A stretch of 64,000 nt of DNA from Vicugna vicugna (lineage: Eukaryota): NCBI GenBank assembly GCA_013265495.1, contig MU057724.1, positions 248,001-312,000 on the forward strand. The letters are read 5' to 3'. Below the pieces are notes generated by a model. The model saw nothing but the letters and a program-made list of their open reading frames with translations, had not been told where the DNA came from and did not search any database. Shown here piece after piece: positions 11,147 through 23,183 of this stretch. Numbering within the stretch: position 1 is the stretch's first letter; every line of letters starts with the position of its first letter. The translations under genes and the position numbers were made by a program.

Positions 11147-14100
11147 GTGAGTCCGGTGCCAGCACAGGTGCCTGTCTATCCTGCTGTCCACTCCTGCCCC
11201 ACAGTTATAGTGAAGGCCGCAGCACGTGTGTTGAGCTCTCACTGCCCCGCACGGCTCTGGCTTTGCTGCGTTTGCTGACGAGGGCCTTTACCTTTTGAAA
11301 TTGAGGTTCTTTCCTGATGAGTCTTGCAGTAGATACATGCTCTGTCCCCCAGCTTTGGTTAGCATAGGTTTCAACTCCTCCTGCCATGGTTTCACGTTAA
11401 TGGAACAATTGTCTGAGATACACATTTTTTTTTAAATTGCTGGGTATTCTTGAGTCTGAGCATCTGCGAGATTGGTGGTTATTTCCCCGATCTGGCTTGT
11501 CAGCTCTGAGAGTCAGTGTGTGAGCTTCACAAAGAGGTATGAGATGTGCTTTTCCAAAAAGACACCACCTGAACACAGTGTATGTTGGGCCCTCGTGAAC
11601 GAGAGAGGTCTGTCCTTGTGAGAGATGTTTGAGGGCCTAGCACGTGGGCTGTGGGATGGCTGAGCTCCAGAGAGAGTGCTCAGCCCCAGGGGGCAAAAGA
11701 TATCTGTGACCATGTCAGGGCCACATCCAGGTGGCAGCTGTGGGCCAGCTCGTGAGGTTGCCACGAAGGGGCGGCTGACCATCTGCATGGCTCTCTGATA
11801 GGCTCCCAGGGCGAAATTGGTTCTGATTCTAGTCTGAATTTGGAGGCTCCTGGGCTGCCCTCTTGGCCACTTGCCAGCCCCGTCCCAGCCTTCCCCCTGC
11901 ACATTGGGGGCAGGGGAAATGGCAACCCTTACACTCTTTCGTCCTCACCGGGGGTCATTTGAATTAAATCGGAATGTGGACAAATCCGAGCTTGGAATCT
12001 TGGAGGATCACTAGTCTGACGGCAGTTCCAGCTGATTCTTGGCCTCACGCCTCTCTTCAGAGCAGCTCGGTGACCCCCGTGCCCCCATAGCACAAACCTG
12101 CATCCGAAGAGCTGCTGCGCGGTGGGGACTGACGTTTAGACCCAGCTGCGGGAGGGCCTGTAAACTAGTGTCCCTGACTGTGTGGAAGTGAGCAGTTATG
12201 ACCAAGCACCGCCTCACCACATTCCACGGCCTCCCAGCAGGCAGAGTCCACCCCGACCAGAGAGGCAGAGGGCTCACAGACTCTCACAGAGAGAAGGCCG
12301 TCGCTCTCTCCACGGCGACACCCAGAGAGTCAGCAGCCGGCCCAGTGGGGGCAACAGGGACCTCGCGTGTGTTCTGATTGAGGCCCTGTGTTTGACGGGT
12401 CGGGGGGCAGCAGTTCCTGCGACTGTCAGCCCTTGGGTGAGGCTAGTGGGTGGGAGAGCCCACGGTAGGGGCTCTGAGCAGGCACTTCAGCCGGCAGGTC
12501 TGGGTGATCTGGGAGCAGGGTACGTTGAGGGGTGCTGGGGCCATCCCGCTTAAGGAGAACACAGCAGCAGAACCAGACGAAGCCCACAGCTGAAGGCTGA
12601 GGGGTGGTGTACAGGACATGCTGGCCCTGCAGCTGCTCAGGTGCCCTGGCTAGGCCCCCGGGAGAGTGGCCCTCAACCACCTGCTCTCTTCAGAGACCTG
12701 GAGACCAGGGGAGGCCTGGCAGGAACCCCCTCATTCGCTTACTCCCTCTGATGGAGGCAGGCCTTACCTACCACATGCCGGACTTCCCAGCTATTTACAT
12801 CCTACTCACAAGGCATGCGTGTGCTCGTGCGTGTACGTTGTGGAGTGTGTGGAGTGTGTGCACGTGTTCCCTGGGCGAGGGGTGAGGGTGAGGGCCCTGG
12901 TGTCCCTTTGGGGTGCTCTGCTGTGGAGCCCAGTGATGGGACTGGGGTTGGCACCCCCAGGTGCTCAGGCTTCGCATGATCTTGGAAGAGAGCTGACACC
13001 GGTGGTATAGGACAGACCTGGGTGCGGGCATGGGCCACAAGGCCCCAGTCTGGATTCTGTCCGTCTTCTGAGACCCAAATCCAAAGAATCAAATTAGGAC
13101 TTTGCATGAGAACATGACTTCATCTTGGGAACAAATGTGCGGTTTCTTGTTAGGACACAGGAGCGCTGGGGTCAGGCCTGCACTTTAACAAGGTCAGGCA
13201 GCAGATAGGAAAGCGGTGGAGCTGACAGCGGTGTGTGTGTCACATCTCCAGGGTGACGTGGCAGGGACAGGGTATGTGCAGCTTGTTTCCCCGGCCTTCA
13301 CAGGAGGAAAAGTTAAACATGTTGCACCTTTGAAGATGGAGGCACATTTTACACACACACACACACAGATCCATGCATTCACATGACCAGCATATGTGAG
13401 TTTGCTGGTGATTATTTTAACCTCTCCATGTTAATTTCCCCCAAATATAAAATATCTATAATCTCCATTTATAAACAATACAGTTATTATAGAAAACTGT
13501 AGCTGCCAAACCTGGCATTTTAAAAGACAGGATTTTCTGCTGTTTTTCAAGTCAAGAGTTCTGTGCTTGTACCCCAGGTGGGTGGGTGCCTGGGCCCTGC
13601 CCTGACCTCACACAGGCGCAGCCCTGAGTGGGGCCTCCCTCACCAGCGTCTCTGTCCTCATCCTGCCATCTCCACTGAGTCAGGCCCCTTTGTGGGATCC
13701 TAAGAAGCTCTCTGAACAACTGAGGGGGCCGTGACCTTGACATCTTGGCCACAGGCCCCAGGCAGAGGCCTCTCAACCTGTCCAGTCGCACCCTCATTCC
13801 CTCCCTTCACCTGTCTTCACGATGACTCTCACCTCCATGAAACATGGTTGCGCCAACCTGAATTTGCTACTGAGGACGCCAGAACTCCCTGCAAGCCATG
13901 CAGGGGAGCCCAGCTTCAGAATGCACCGTCTCGGGCTCAGCGCTCCCAGTCTTACCCTTCACACAGCCCTGCAGCCTGGACAAGGCTCCCCCGGGCAGCA
14001 GCCAGTGTCCCAAGGGCTGGGCTGGAGTCAAGGAGGCCCGTCAGTTCCCGGCCTTTGTGCCCTTGTTGGCTGGGACCTTCCCAGGCTCTGACCAGACCCC

Positions 14101-15135
14101 TACATAGCCTGGGCCCCCTCATGGCATGAGTCTGGGTCCCAAGCAGGCAGGAAGATGGGAGTCTGTCACCACCAGGCCTAGAACACTCCCTGCCCCTACC
14201 CCTCACTCTGTTCATGAGAAGCCAGTCGGCCACCCAGCCCAGACCCAGGGTGAGGGCAGTGAGGTGCCAGCCAAGGAGCCAGATGTGCCAGCAATGGCCA
14301 CGTCATCCAACCCTCCAGCCTCAGTCTCCTCTGCCACTATGCCGGTTACGGAAGGGGCGAGTTCGCACTGCACTGCACTGAGCTGCCACAGACGTCATCA
14401 GGTGTTTGGCACAGACTGAGAGGGATCCTAATGCTGCCCTCTTGCAGGAGCGCGCGCTGGGGGGGGTGCTTTCCGGAAGAACACGTGACCACCTAGAGCT
14501 TCAGTTTCCCACAAGGCCAATAAGCCTCTATTTTCATCCCCAGCCCCGTGAGAAAAATGGGGACCAGGAGGACACAGCACACCTTCCCAGCCTGGTCTCC
14601 TGGTGCCCCTGCCACACATGTAGAGAGGAAACTTGACCAGGATTAACCAGTTCCCTAAGTTAGTCATCGGACAGTGTGAAGGGAAAGCTTTCAGCAGCCT
14701 CGGAAGGTGTTTAGCTCAGTGTAACTCTGGAAGAAAGGGGCTCCTTTAAGGAGGAAAGTTTGGGGCAACGGAAATCCTTGGACCAGAAGTGCGGCTGGAC
14801 TGGGGAGGTGGGAGTCAGCTGCAGGTGTGCTGCATGCTTCCCGCTGGGACACAGGGCATGTCCCACCCCCCACCCCCCACCTCTTCTAGGACAGCCAACT
14901 GGGAGAGGTGCGTCATTGCGTCCACCAACATCAATAACATACTTTACATGTTTTTGTGTAAAAACTAACGCAGCTATCAGAGAAAAGCAGTTCCTTCCTT
15001 TGCCTGTTGTTCTCACCTTTGCAGAGCGGGGTTGTGGGCCGCAGAAGGGCCTTCTGCTCTGTCGTGGGTGTCCTGTGCTCTGGAACAGAACGTCCCAGGC
15101 TGTTTGCTTTAACCAGTCTACCTTTGTCCCCACAG

Positions 15136-15300
15136 AGTTATGAAGTGAAGAGCGTCCTTGGGAAGGAGGTGGGGCCGTTAACCTGTTTTGTCCGGTCCCT
15201 CACCACTCACCCGACCAGCTGCGTGGGGTTGGAGGAGATTGAGCTGCTGAGCGAGGGGAGAGCCTCTTCAGAAGACTGGCCGCAGCCACAGGATCTGTGA
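15136..15300 (+). CDS. SPIDR: SPIDR terminal coding exon; SYEVKSVLGKEVGPLTCFVRSLTTHPTSCVGLEEIELLSEGRASSEDWPQPQDL*
   Basis: cacag|AGT acceptor, in frame with the previous exon, stop TGA at 15298-15300. Recognisable SPIDR C-terminus (SYEVKSVLGKEVG...GLEEIELL). Confidence 0.92.
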   Translation, partial: SYEVKSVLGKEVGPLTCFVRSLTTHPTSCVGLEEIELLSEGRASSEDWPQPQDL

Positions 15301-16589
15301 ACTTTGCAGAGTGGCTGCGAGGTGGTGGCTGTTTAGGGTGGTTATTTGTTAACTCTGGGCAGAATGAATGTACTTTATGATCTTGAAATGGAACTTCGAT
15401 TTTTCGGGGGCAAATGTTCGTTAAGATAGTTTGGTAAACTACAAATCAAAATACTTTTTTCTATGGTTATATATTTTGTATTGCCTTTCTGCAAAATTAG
15501 GAAAATGTTGTTAAAGCTTAAATACGCTTGAGGCCTTCATTTTATATTTATCTTAGGTAATATAGTAGAAAAAATTATTTTGTTCCATTGTAATTTTAAA
15601 GTGTTCAAATTTTACCATGATTCAATGTTTTTCTTTAATATTTGTTTTAACATTCCCCAAAGAATACCCTGCAAAGCTTAAGCCTCTGTCCTCTCTTGCG
15701 GTACTAACTGTGCTGCTACAATCAGCATCCAACTTAAGCGTTTTGCAGCTCAGTATTTTTTGGGACATGTTCAGGGGAACTATGTCGGAGGTTAAAGCTG
15801 TTTCCCGTAAAGTGTAGATAAGGTAACCAGTGTCATGATAGCTACCCTCCAGTGATACTGCCAGGTCCGGTTAGTCCTGCTGGTCCTGCACCAGCAGCCA
15901 GGATTACCTCGCAACGGGAGAGCCTGGTTATCTTTCACCGTCTAAGTTAAAAGTAAAACCATGGATTAATTATCTCTGGACACTAAAGATTTTGTTTCCT
16001 CCCTTATGACAATATAATCATGACAGGCCCTGGTTAATCGGTTACGTAATGTAGGCGTAGCAGCCAAGACCAAGAAAGGCTGCCTAGTACCCACTTTCAC
16101 GGGGGACAGGCAAGGCTTTATTTAGTCGTTCAGATTAAGCGTTGAAACATTACAAGTACTGACAAGGTAGCCGGTTTTTAGTAGCTTTGTGACTGTCCTT
16201 TCCGTCCTACGTGACCGTTCTGTATCTTACGCACTTTGAAAATCTGCTAGAAACTCTACAAGACTGAAGAAAGTGAAAGCAAATCCCATGAAAGCCAAGA
16301 CGAGTCGGACTGGTTTTCGGACAACCTGAGCCCTCCTCTCCCTGCCCCTGGGGCCCCCGCTCGAGGTGGGGCGCGCTCCCGCCGGTCTCTGACACGTTCC
16401 CGGGGCGCCTTCCACCCAAGGGGGTCTCTGCAAGTTAACGAGCACGTCCGCAGGTGTAGTTTGGCCTGTTTGAGAAGCAAAGAGACGATCTTCCAGGAAC
16501 CCGGCCCCGGGGCGCACGCCGGACAGACGCGCCCTTCCCGGGGTTCCGGAGGGCTGCGAGCGCAGGAATCAAGGTGGGTCTAACGCGTC

Positions 16590-16595
16590 TTTATT
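16590..16595 (-). terminator. CEBPD: CEBPD polyadenylation signal AATAAA
   Basis: tttatt on the + strand about 260 nt past the stop codon, at the end of a U-rich 3' UTR segment. Confidence 0.85.
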
Positions 16596-16851
16596 CTTAC
16601 AAATACTGTAAAAATCAATATAAAAATGTGTGCATGCTCAAGTCTTTTTTCCTCGTATCTACAGTACAATGGCTTGTCCCAAAAGTCTCTTTTACGAATG
16701 TACCTTTGCTGCATCCTAGGCGTAGGATGTAGAGAAGCTGCCGTCACAGTAACTTAGGGTCCACGCGGCAGCTGTCTTGAGTCCCAGCCGAGCACGGGAG
16801 TCCGGCCCGGTGGCTCCAGACACCGCAACCGCAGCCCGCGCGCCCCTCGCG

Positions 16852-17622
16852 TCACCGCGCGTCCGCCGCCCCCGCGCCGGGCAGGAAGGGCGCGCCGGGC
16901 AGCTGCTTGAAGAAGCGCCGCAGCCCGGCCAGGTCCCGCGTCAGCTGCTCCACGCGCTGCTGGAGCTTCTCGTTCTCGGCCGAAAGCTCCACCAGCTTCT
17001 GCTGCATCTCCTGGTTGCGCCGCTTGGCCTTGTCGCGGCTCTTACGCACGGCGATGTTGTTGCGCTCGCGCCGCTGCCGGTACTCGGGGCTGCCGCGGTC
17101 CGGGCCCCGCTTGCCCGCCGCCTTGTCGCGCGCCGGCCCGGGTGCTGGGGGCGCAGGGCTGCGGCGCGGCGGCTCGGGCGGCGCGGGCGGCGTGGGTTGC
17201 GCGGCGGCCGCCAGGCTCACCACCGTCTGCGCGCACGCGGCCACCTGCGCGGGCAGCAGCGAGCCGGGCGCGTCGCCATCGCCCCAGTCGGGCTCGCGCT
17301 TGAGCGGTCGCGGCGCCGGCCCGGGGACCGCGGGGCGCGCGGGGCCCCCGGGCAGCAGCTCCAGGGCGCCCGCCTTGTGGTTGCTGTTGAAGAGGTCGGC
17401 GAAGAGCTCGTCGTGGCACAGTTCCAGGGTGGACAAGGCGGCCATGGAGTCGATGTAGGCGCTGAAATCGATGGCGCTCTCGTCGTCGTACATGGCGGGC
17501 GCGGCCGGCTCGGTCCCGCGGCCCGGCTTTCCCGCGCGGCCCGGCTCGTAGAAGGCGGCGGGCTCCGCGGACCAGGGGGCGCCGCGCGCCGGGCTGTCCA
17601 GGCTGAAAAGCGCGGCGCTCAT
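16852..17622 (-). CDS. CEBPD: CCAAT/enhancer-binding protein delta, 256 aa, intronless
   Basis: MSAALFSLDSPARG N-terminus, DFSAYIDSM/DELFADLF activation boxes, LKREP SUMO motif, bZIP EYRQRRERNNIAVRKSRDKAK plus leucine zipper, Kozak context gccgccATG. Confidence 0.99.
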   Translation of the reverse strand: MSAALFSLDSPARGAPWSAEPAAFYEPGRAGKPGRGTEPAAPAMYDDESAIDFSAYIDSMAALSTLELCHDELFADLFNSNHKAGALELLPGGPARPAVPGPAPRPLKREPDWGDGDAPGSLLPAQVAACAQTVVSLAAAAQPTPPAPPEPPRRSPAPPAPGPARDKAAGKRGPDRGSPEYRQRRERNNIAVRKSRDKAKRRNQEMQQKLVELSAENEKLQQRVEQLTRDLAGLRRFFKQLPGAPFLPGAGAADAR

Positions 17623-17674
17623 GGCGGCGTCGGGCCGGCGGCGAGCGCGGTTCCCTGGCGGGCCGGGCGCCGCC

Positions 17675-17800
17675 TTTTCTAGCCGGGCTGACGCGCACGC
17701 CCCGCCCCGACCGCGGACCGCGGGACCCCCGCCTGCGCGCCTCCCCCGCGCTTCCTGCCCGCCGGCCCGGCCCGCGCGGCTCTGCCGGGAACGACCCTCC
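17675..17800 (-). promoter_or_regulatory. CEBPD: CEBPD proximal promoter: TATA-like TAGAAAA (17675-17681), CRE-like GCGCGTCA (17689-17696), GC box GGGGCGGGG (17700-17708), STAT3/APRE-like TTCCCGGCA (17783-17791) next to a GGGAGGG Sp1-like site
   Basis: Motifs read directly on the - strand, in the order known for mammalian CEBPD promoters (Sp1-STAT3 ... Sp1-CRE-TATA-like). Confidence 0.8.
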
Positions 17801-20800
17801 CTCGGCCGCGCCTCCTCCTTCCTGCTGGTGGGTCGGGTCCTCTGCGCTCGCGGAGCCGGGGCGGAACCAGAACGGGGCCTGGGCTGGCGCGCGCCGTCGG
17901 AGGGTGGCGCAGGGACTCGGGAACCGGGGCGCTACCTCGCGGCTTCAGGGAATTCGCGTTCTGGTGCTTCCCCATCGCCGAGATGGGGAGTGGGGGCAGA
18001 GCACATGTGGGAGGGGTCTCGACTTAGTGGCGCGGGGTTCGGCCGGGTCCGGGGGTATTTCCCCCAACCCTGCATGCCTGGGGCCAGTGGAAACTGCGAG
18101 CCCCACGCCCCTGCCAGCCCCGAGAGCCCCGCAAGTCCCGCGATCACCCCGAGAACTCCACGCTCAGTCCCCCACGAGCCCCGCACCCCCAGCGCTGCCC
18201 CCAGGTCCACTAGAGCAGTGCCATCTTGCGGTAGTGTCTTCAGTCCTGTTTTTAGTTCCAGGCTCTTTTTTTCCCCCTGTTGAGTATTCCAAAAAGAAGT
18301 GCCTTTGGATCCAGAGCAGTGGGGTCTTTCTTGAGGAGAAAGATAAGGTTTACACTAGTAGCCCTGACAAAGTATTAACTAGTTAGCTCTTCACATTGAA
18401 AAATGCAGGAAGAGACTCTGGGCTGGCTTTGTTTGTTAGGTTTCCTACAACTTGGGGCAGGCATTTTTCACATCACCGTCCTCGTTCACACTTGGCCTCC
18501 GTCCACATCCTTTCTCGTTCGTGGACTTCGCGTCCCAACATCAGGCGTTCCACAGACTGTCAACGGGAGTGTCTGTGGCCAGTTCCAGAGGTGAGTTCTA
18601 ATGACGCACCATAGATACTGAATCAGTTTTCTAGAAGGACGACGTAGCGCTCCAGAATTATGCAGGGGACACGAGGTACATGTCACACTGTTAATTACCC
18701 ATTAAGGGTAAAGCCCAGGAACACCCAGAGAAAAGACGTACTTATTTTGGAAGACATAAAAATGTCACTAAAGCCCTCTCCAGTCAAGGAGTGCGAAAGA
18801 AATGCTTATACGGAGAACCATATTCTCTTGAAAATAATTCAGTGAGATGATTAGTAGGTTCAGGTATCAGATTAGGACTGAGCTTGAAAGAGATGCTGCG
18901 CGCACATTTTTGGAAGATGGGTGTAGATTTCAGAACCTGTGAAGAATTTTCTTTCCTTTTCCAGAAGAAGGGAAAGAAGAGGTCATAGACCAGCAAAGTA
19001 TAGATTTGTTATGATATTTGAAGGCAAATTAAAAGACTATTTAAAAATATAATAAAACAAGTTAAAGTATAGCTTTTGTGACAGTAGATGTTCCAGTCAT
19101 TTCTTGCATGTCTTCACTTGCTGTCTTTCCCTAAGTCTGTTTATCCAAGAGAAATACAAAGTTGTTCATCATTTAGCCTTGGGGATCTTTCACCTGTGGT
19201 GGTCTGTGTAGAACTGTCAAAGGGAGGTAGTCCAGTAAGAAAACATTCCTTGAAAACTCTGGAGCCTTGAGTCCCCCTGTTACGAGGTCGTTGCTGTGTT
19301 GAGCTCAGCTGAGGTGTTCACCTGCAGTCCACGTCCCGTGGACTCTGAACACACCGTCCTTCAGATACTCAGGGGCTGGAAATGCCTGCACCTGCTCTGG
19401 CTCTGGGGCTCTGTCAGGGTTAGAAGTCGGTTGGTTTAGCTCATTCCTAACACGAAGGGGAGGGTCCACACCTCTGTCTTTGTAAGAGATCATTTTTGGA
19501 TGCTTCATAGGGTGCAAGATACGGGCAAGAACAGTTCTCCAAATTAAAGTCTGAAACTGAAAATGTTTCTGAGCAGTGCGGGTGTCAAGAGGAGGGGAAC
19601 TGTGACTTTAGCGCCCTCTTCAGATGACGACTCCAACAGTCAGATTAGATACTTCTGTTAACCTGGCTTAGGGATAATTTTAACTGTATGATATGCTCTT
19701 GTGTGTTTGTGTCAGACAATAGTGAGGTTACAAATGCAGACTTTTGGAGGAAACCTTATTCCCAATATATTTCTTTGTAAAAGGAAATACAAGGGCATTA
19801 AGAACAAGGCATGTGGGTATTGGAGTCATACATCCCTGGTGCTGCTAAAACCTGTATATTTTATTAAAAACCTACTGTAATGGTTTTAAAATTCTGCATT
19901 CACTTCAGCCTCTGGGGTTTAAGAGGCAGATCCCCCAGATTACAAACTAGACAGAGCTGGGAACAAGTACCTGATTCTGTGAGTCAGGTGTCTCACGTTC
20001 CTGGCAATAAAACACCAGGAGAAGCAATTTGCCTTCCCAGCCCACTTCCTCTGAAGTGGATTCAGCCTCCCTCAGCCCACACCTGTCAGCCCTGCCACAG
20101 CCCAGGTCCCCGGCAACCTCCGTGGTGGCACATGTGTCACACCTGCTCACCCAGGAAGGCACGGCGGGTCTGCTCTCCTGCATCCTGTTCTCCCCACGCT
20201 GTTCTCCAGATAGCTGCCAAGAGACCTGAAAGACGAAGTTACCATCAGACTGCTTTGTTCCTTAGATTCTTCTGAAAGGTTCTTTGGCAATAGAATGGAG
20301 TTTATTTCCAAGTGTGAACTTCCACTGCCCACTTCTTTAAATCCATATCCCACCTCAAGCAGCTGACTGACTCAACTCTGAAAATCTTATGAGCCTGCCA
20401 GGCCTCACGCCAGGCTGATGCTTCTGGGAGAGCATGCTTACCCCGTCTGCTGTTTGGCTGGCAGGATTTTTCCATCTGCTAGAGCCCTACCCATATAGTA
20501 CCTCTCTGTTGTTCTCTGTGACTTATTTTCGCCAAATTAATCATTTCCTCATCTGGTTTCTCAGAAAAAAAATACATATTGCCAACTATTAGATGCAGAG
20601 TCTAAAATAGTCTGTTGAAATTAGGGTGCATATGACAGTCACCACTGGCCAAGCTGTCAGTTACGTTTGTCATTGCCTGCATATGGTGTCACTGCCCGGG
20701 AGTGAAGTCCTGGAGATGACAGTAGAGAGCGCTCTTGTAAGAAATTCTGTCACCGACTCTGGATGGAGCAGAGAGCAATAATGTTGTATGAAAAATACAA

Positions 20801-20989
20801 ATATCAATAACTCTCGAGTTTAAAAGTATTTCGGAGGAGGCAAACAGTGAACATGATAGAAGTCTGGGGATATCTTAAGCAACATAACAGGTTTATATTT
20901 TCCTGTTTACATATGCATGAGTGATATATTATTACAATCCATGTCTAAAAGAGAGTGAATGCTTGATATGAGTACAAAATAGTACATTT

Positions 20990-22490
20990 AAAATGCAGGA
21001 GGAGCAAAGTGGCTGAAGCTGGTGATGTGGGCTCCATCCCTCCACTGTAACAGCTGACAGAATTGTCAGAGTCAACTTCTGCAGAGCTCTGGAATCCTCC
21101 CCAAACCCACAACAACCAGAGGAATGCATAATGGAGAAGGAAGTTGCTGCACTGCAACAAGAGAGTGCCGTGGCATTTCAGATGTCCAGCTCACACTTCC
21201 CCACTCTCCATGATGATGGTGGTCATGAGAACAGAGCATGACCTCTGGTGCAGGTTGCCAGTGCCAGAGGGAGCAACACAGACTCTATTCTCAAAAATCT
21301 GGGGTTGGGTTCTTGGACCTGCCATGGCCCCTGAGGGACAGAGCAAGGAATGGCAAAAGCCCTGGGAAAGAAGTGTTTGGAAAGGAGGACGTGGGGAGTA
21401 AGGGCTTTTTAAATACCAGGGGATCAAGAAGTACACGCATGGGCCCAGGATGGGCTGCATGCTCAGAAAAGGTCTGAGAAGACCCTACTCCTTCACTTCT
21501 AACCCCCCTTTACCATACACTCACTCAAGAAGGTAATGCTAAGGCAGGACTAATAACAGCCTGGCTAAGCATTAAAGGAGTGCATGCCCCAACACAAAAC
21601 CAGTCTGCAAAAACAGAAGAGTTTTTTCTTTTTCTTTTTCTTTTTCTTTTTTTCCCCCTATATTTGTAAACTTTGGCTTCAGACTTTTAAGGTAACGCTT
21701 ATATTAAAGCACAGGCTGACCACTAAGCTAGAGAGACATTTAAATGGCTACGCACAACAAAGAATACTGATGTTATAAAACAGTCCTGAAGAGTCACTAA
21801 ACAAATACTAATAATACAAAGAAAACACCAGCAGCAACCGTGGGTAGAGGAGAAAATCTCATTTCCAGAGTTGCCACATTATAATATTCAGAACGTCTGG
21901 ATTAAGGGGAAGAGTATGAAGCAAGCAAAGAAACAAAATATGACCCATTCACAGAGAAGAAATAGAAAAATCCCTGAGGAAATCCAGACATTTGGCTTAC
22001 CAAAGATTAAATCACCTGTTTCATATGTGCTCAGAGACCTAAGGAAACCATGGACAAAGAACTAAAGGAAACCAGGAGAATAATGTATCACCAGAGACTA
22101 TCAATAGAGATTAAGTAGGTATCGAAAGGAATCAAATTCTGAAGCTAAGATTAAATGAAAATGTCACTAGAGGGTTACAACAGCAGAACTAAAGAAGCAG
22201 AAGAAAGACTCAGCAAACTTGAATATAAGATAACTGACATTACCCAATCAGGGAAGCATGAAAAGAAAAGAATGAAGAAAAGTGATCAGAGCCTAAGGGA
22301 CCTGTGGCACACTGTGATGAATCATACCAACATATGCATAATGGGAGTCCTAAAAGAAGAAAAGGGGGCAGAAAGAATATCTGAAAATATAATGACCACA
22401 AGTTTCCCAAATTTTATGAAAGGGATTTATACAACCAAGAAGCCCAACAGAGCCAAGCAGGATAAACTCAAAGGGATCCACTCTTAAGAA
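20990..22490 (+). mobile_element. Old L1 5' region/ORF1 remnant
   Basis: Peptide 22155-22487 (EAEERLSKLE...QSLRDLW...NICIMGV...EE) is L1 ORF1p-like. Confidence 0.8.
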
Positions 22491-22903
22491 AGATGATTAT
22501 CTTAGCTACTGTAAACAGTGCTGCTGTGAACACTGGGGTGCATGTATCTCTTTGAATTAAGGTTCCCTCTGGATGTATATGCCCAAGAGTGGGATTGCTG
22601 GGTCATATGGTAACTCTATTTTCAGTTTTTTGAGGAATCTCCATACTGCTTTCCCTAATGTTTGCACCAAACTACATTCCCACCAGCAGTGTAGGAGAGT
22701 TCCATTTTCTCCACACCCTGTCCAGCACTTATAGTTTGTGGACTGTTGAATGGTGGCCATTCTGACTGGTATGAAGTGGTGCCTCATTGTAGTTTTGATT
22801 GGCATTTCTCTGATACTTAGTTGTACTGAGCATTTTTTCATGATTGCAGGGATGCTGGTTCTGTTTCCTTCTAGTGATTGGTCTGTTCAAATGCTCTGCT
22901 TCT

Positions 22904-23183
22904 AGGGAGGTGGGCACAGCTCAGTGGTAGAGCACACGCTCAGCATGCATGAGGTCCTGGGTTCTATTCCCAGTACCTCCATCAAAAAATAATAATAATG
23001 AAATAAAAATAAAATATATCGTGGGGAGGATGTAGCCCAAGTGGTAGAGTGCATGCTTAGCATGCATGAGGTCCTGGGTTCAATCCTCAGTACCTCCATC
23101 AAAAAACTAACTAAATAAATAAACCTAATTACCTCCTCCCTGCAAAAAAAAAAATCTATATCTATCAATCCTCAGTACCTCCA
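22904..23183 (+). mobile_element. Tandem pair of tRNA-Ala-derived SINEs (Vic-1-like) plus a partial third copy
   Basis: A-box agctcagtggtagag and B-box gggttc(t/a)a(t)tcc in each monomer, AT-rich tails. Confidence 0.88.

Larger units (their letters stand above)
16350..18200. other. CpG island spanning CEBPD and its promoter
   Basis: Very GC-rich with abundant CpG by eye. Boundaries approximate. Confidence 0.9.

Noticed and set aside
13350..13367. Short (CA)n run; also (TA)n near 56050 and a 10-bp tandem near 46331
   Set aside because: Ordinary micro-repeats with no supporting context.
16777..18283. Long overlapping ORFs around CEBPD (301, 183, 218 and 220 aa)
   Set aside because: Expected in very GC-rich DNA with few stop codons. 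Mostly non-ATG starts, low-complexity Arg/Ala/Gly/Pro products, and shadows of the CEBPD frame.
22904..23100. tRNA-Ala-like sequences as tRNA genes (also at 29792, 41684, 56040 and 58799)
   Set aside because: Degenerate stems, AT-rich tails and target-site duplications identify them as SINEs.
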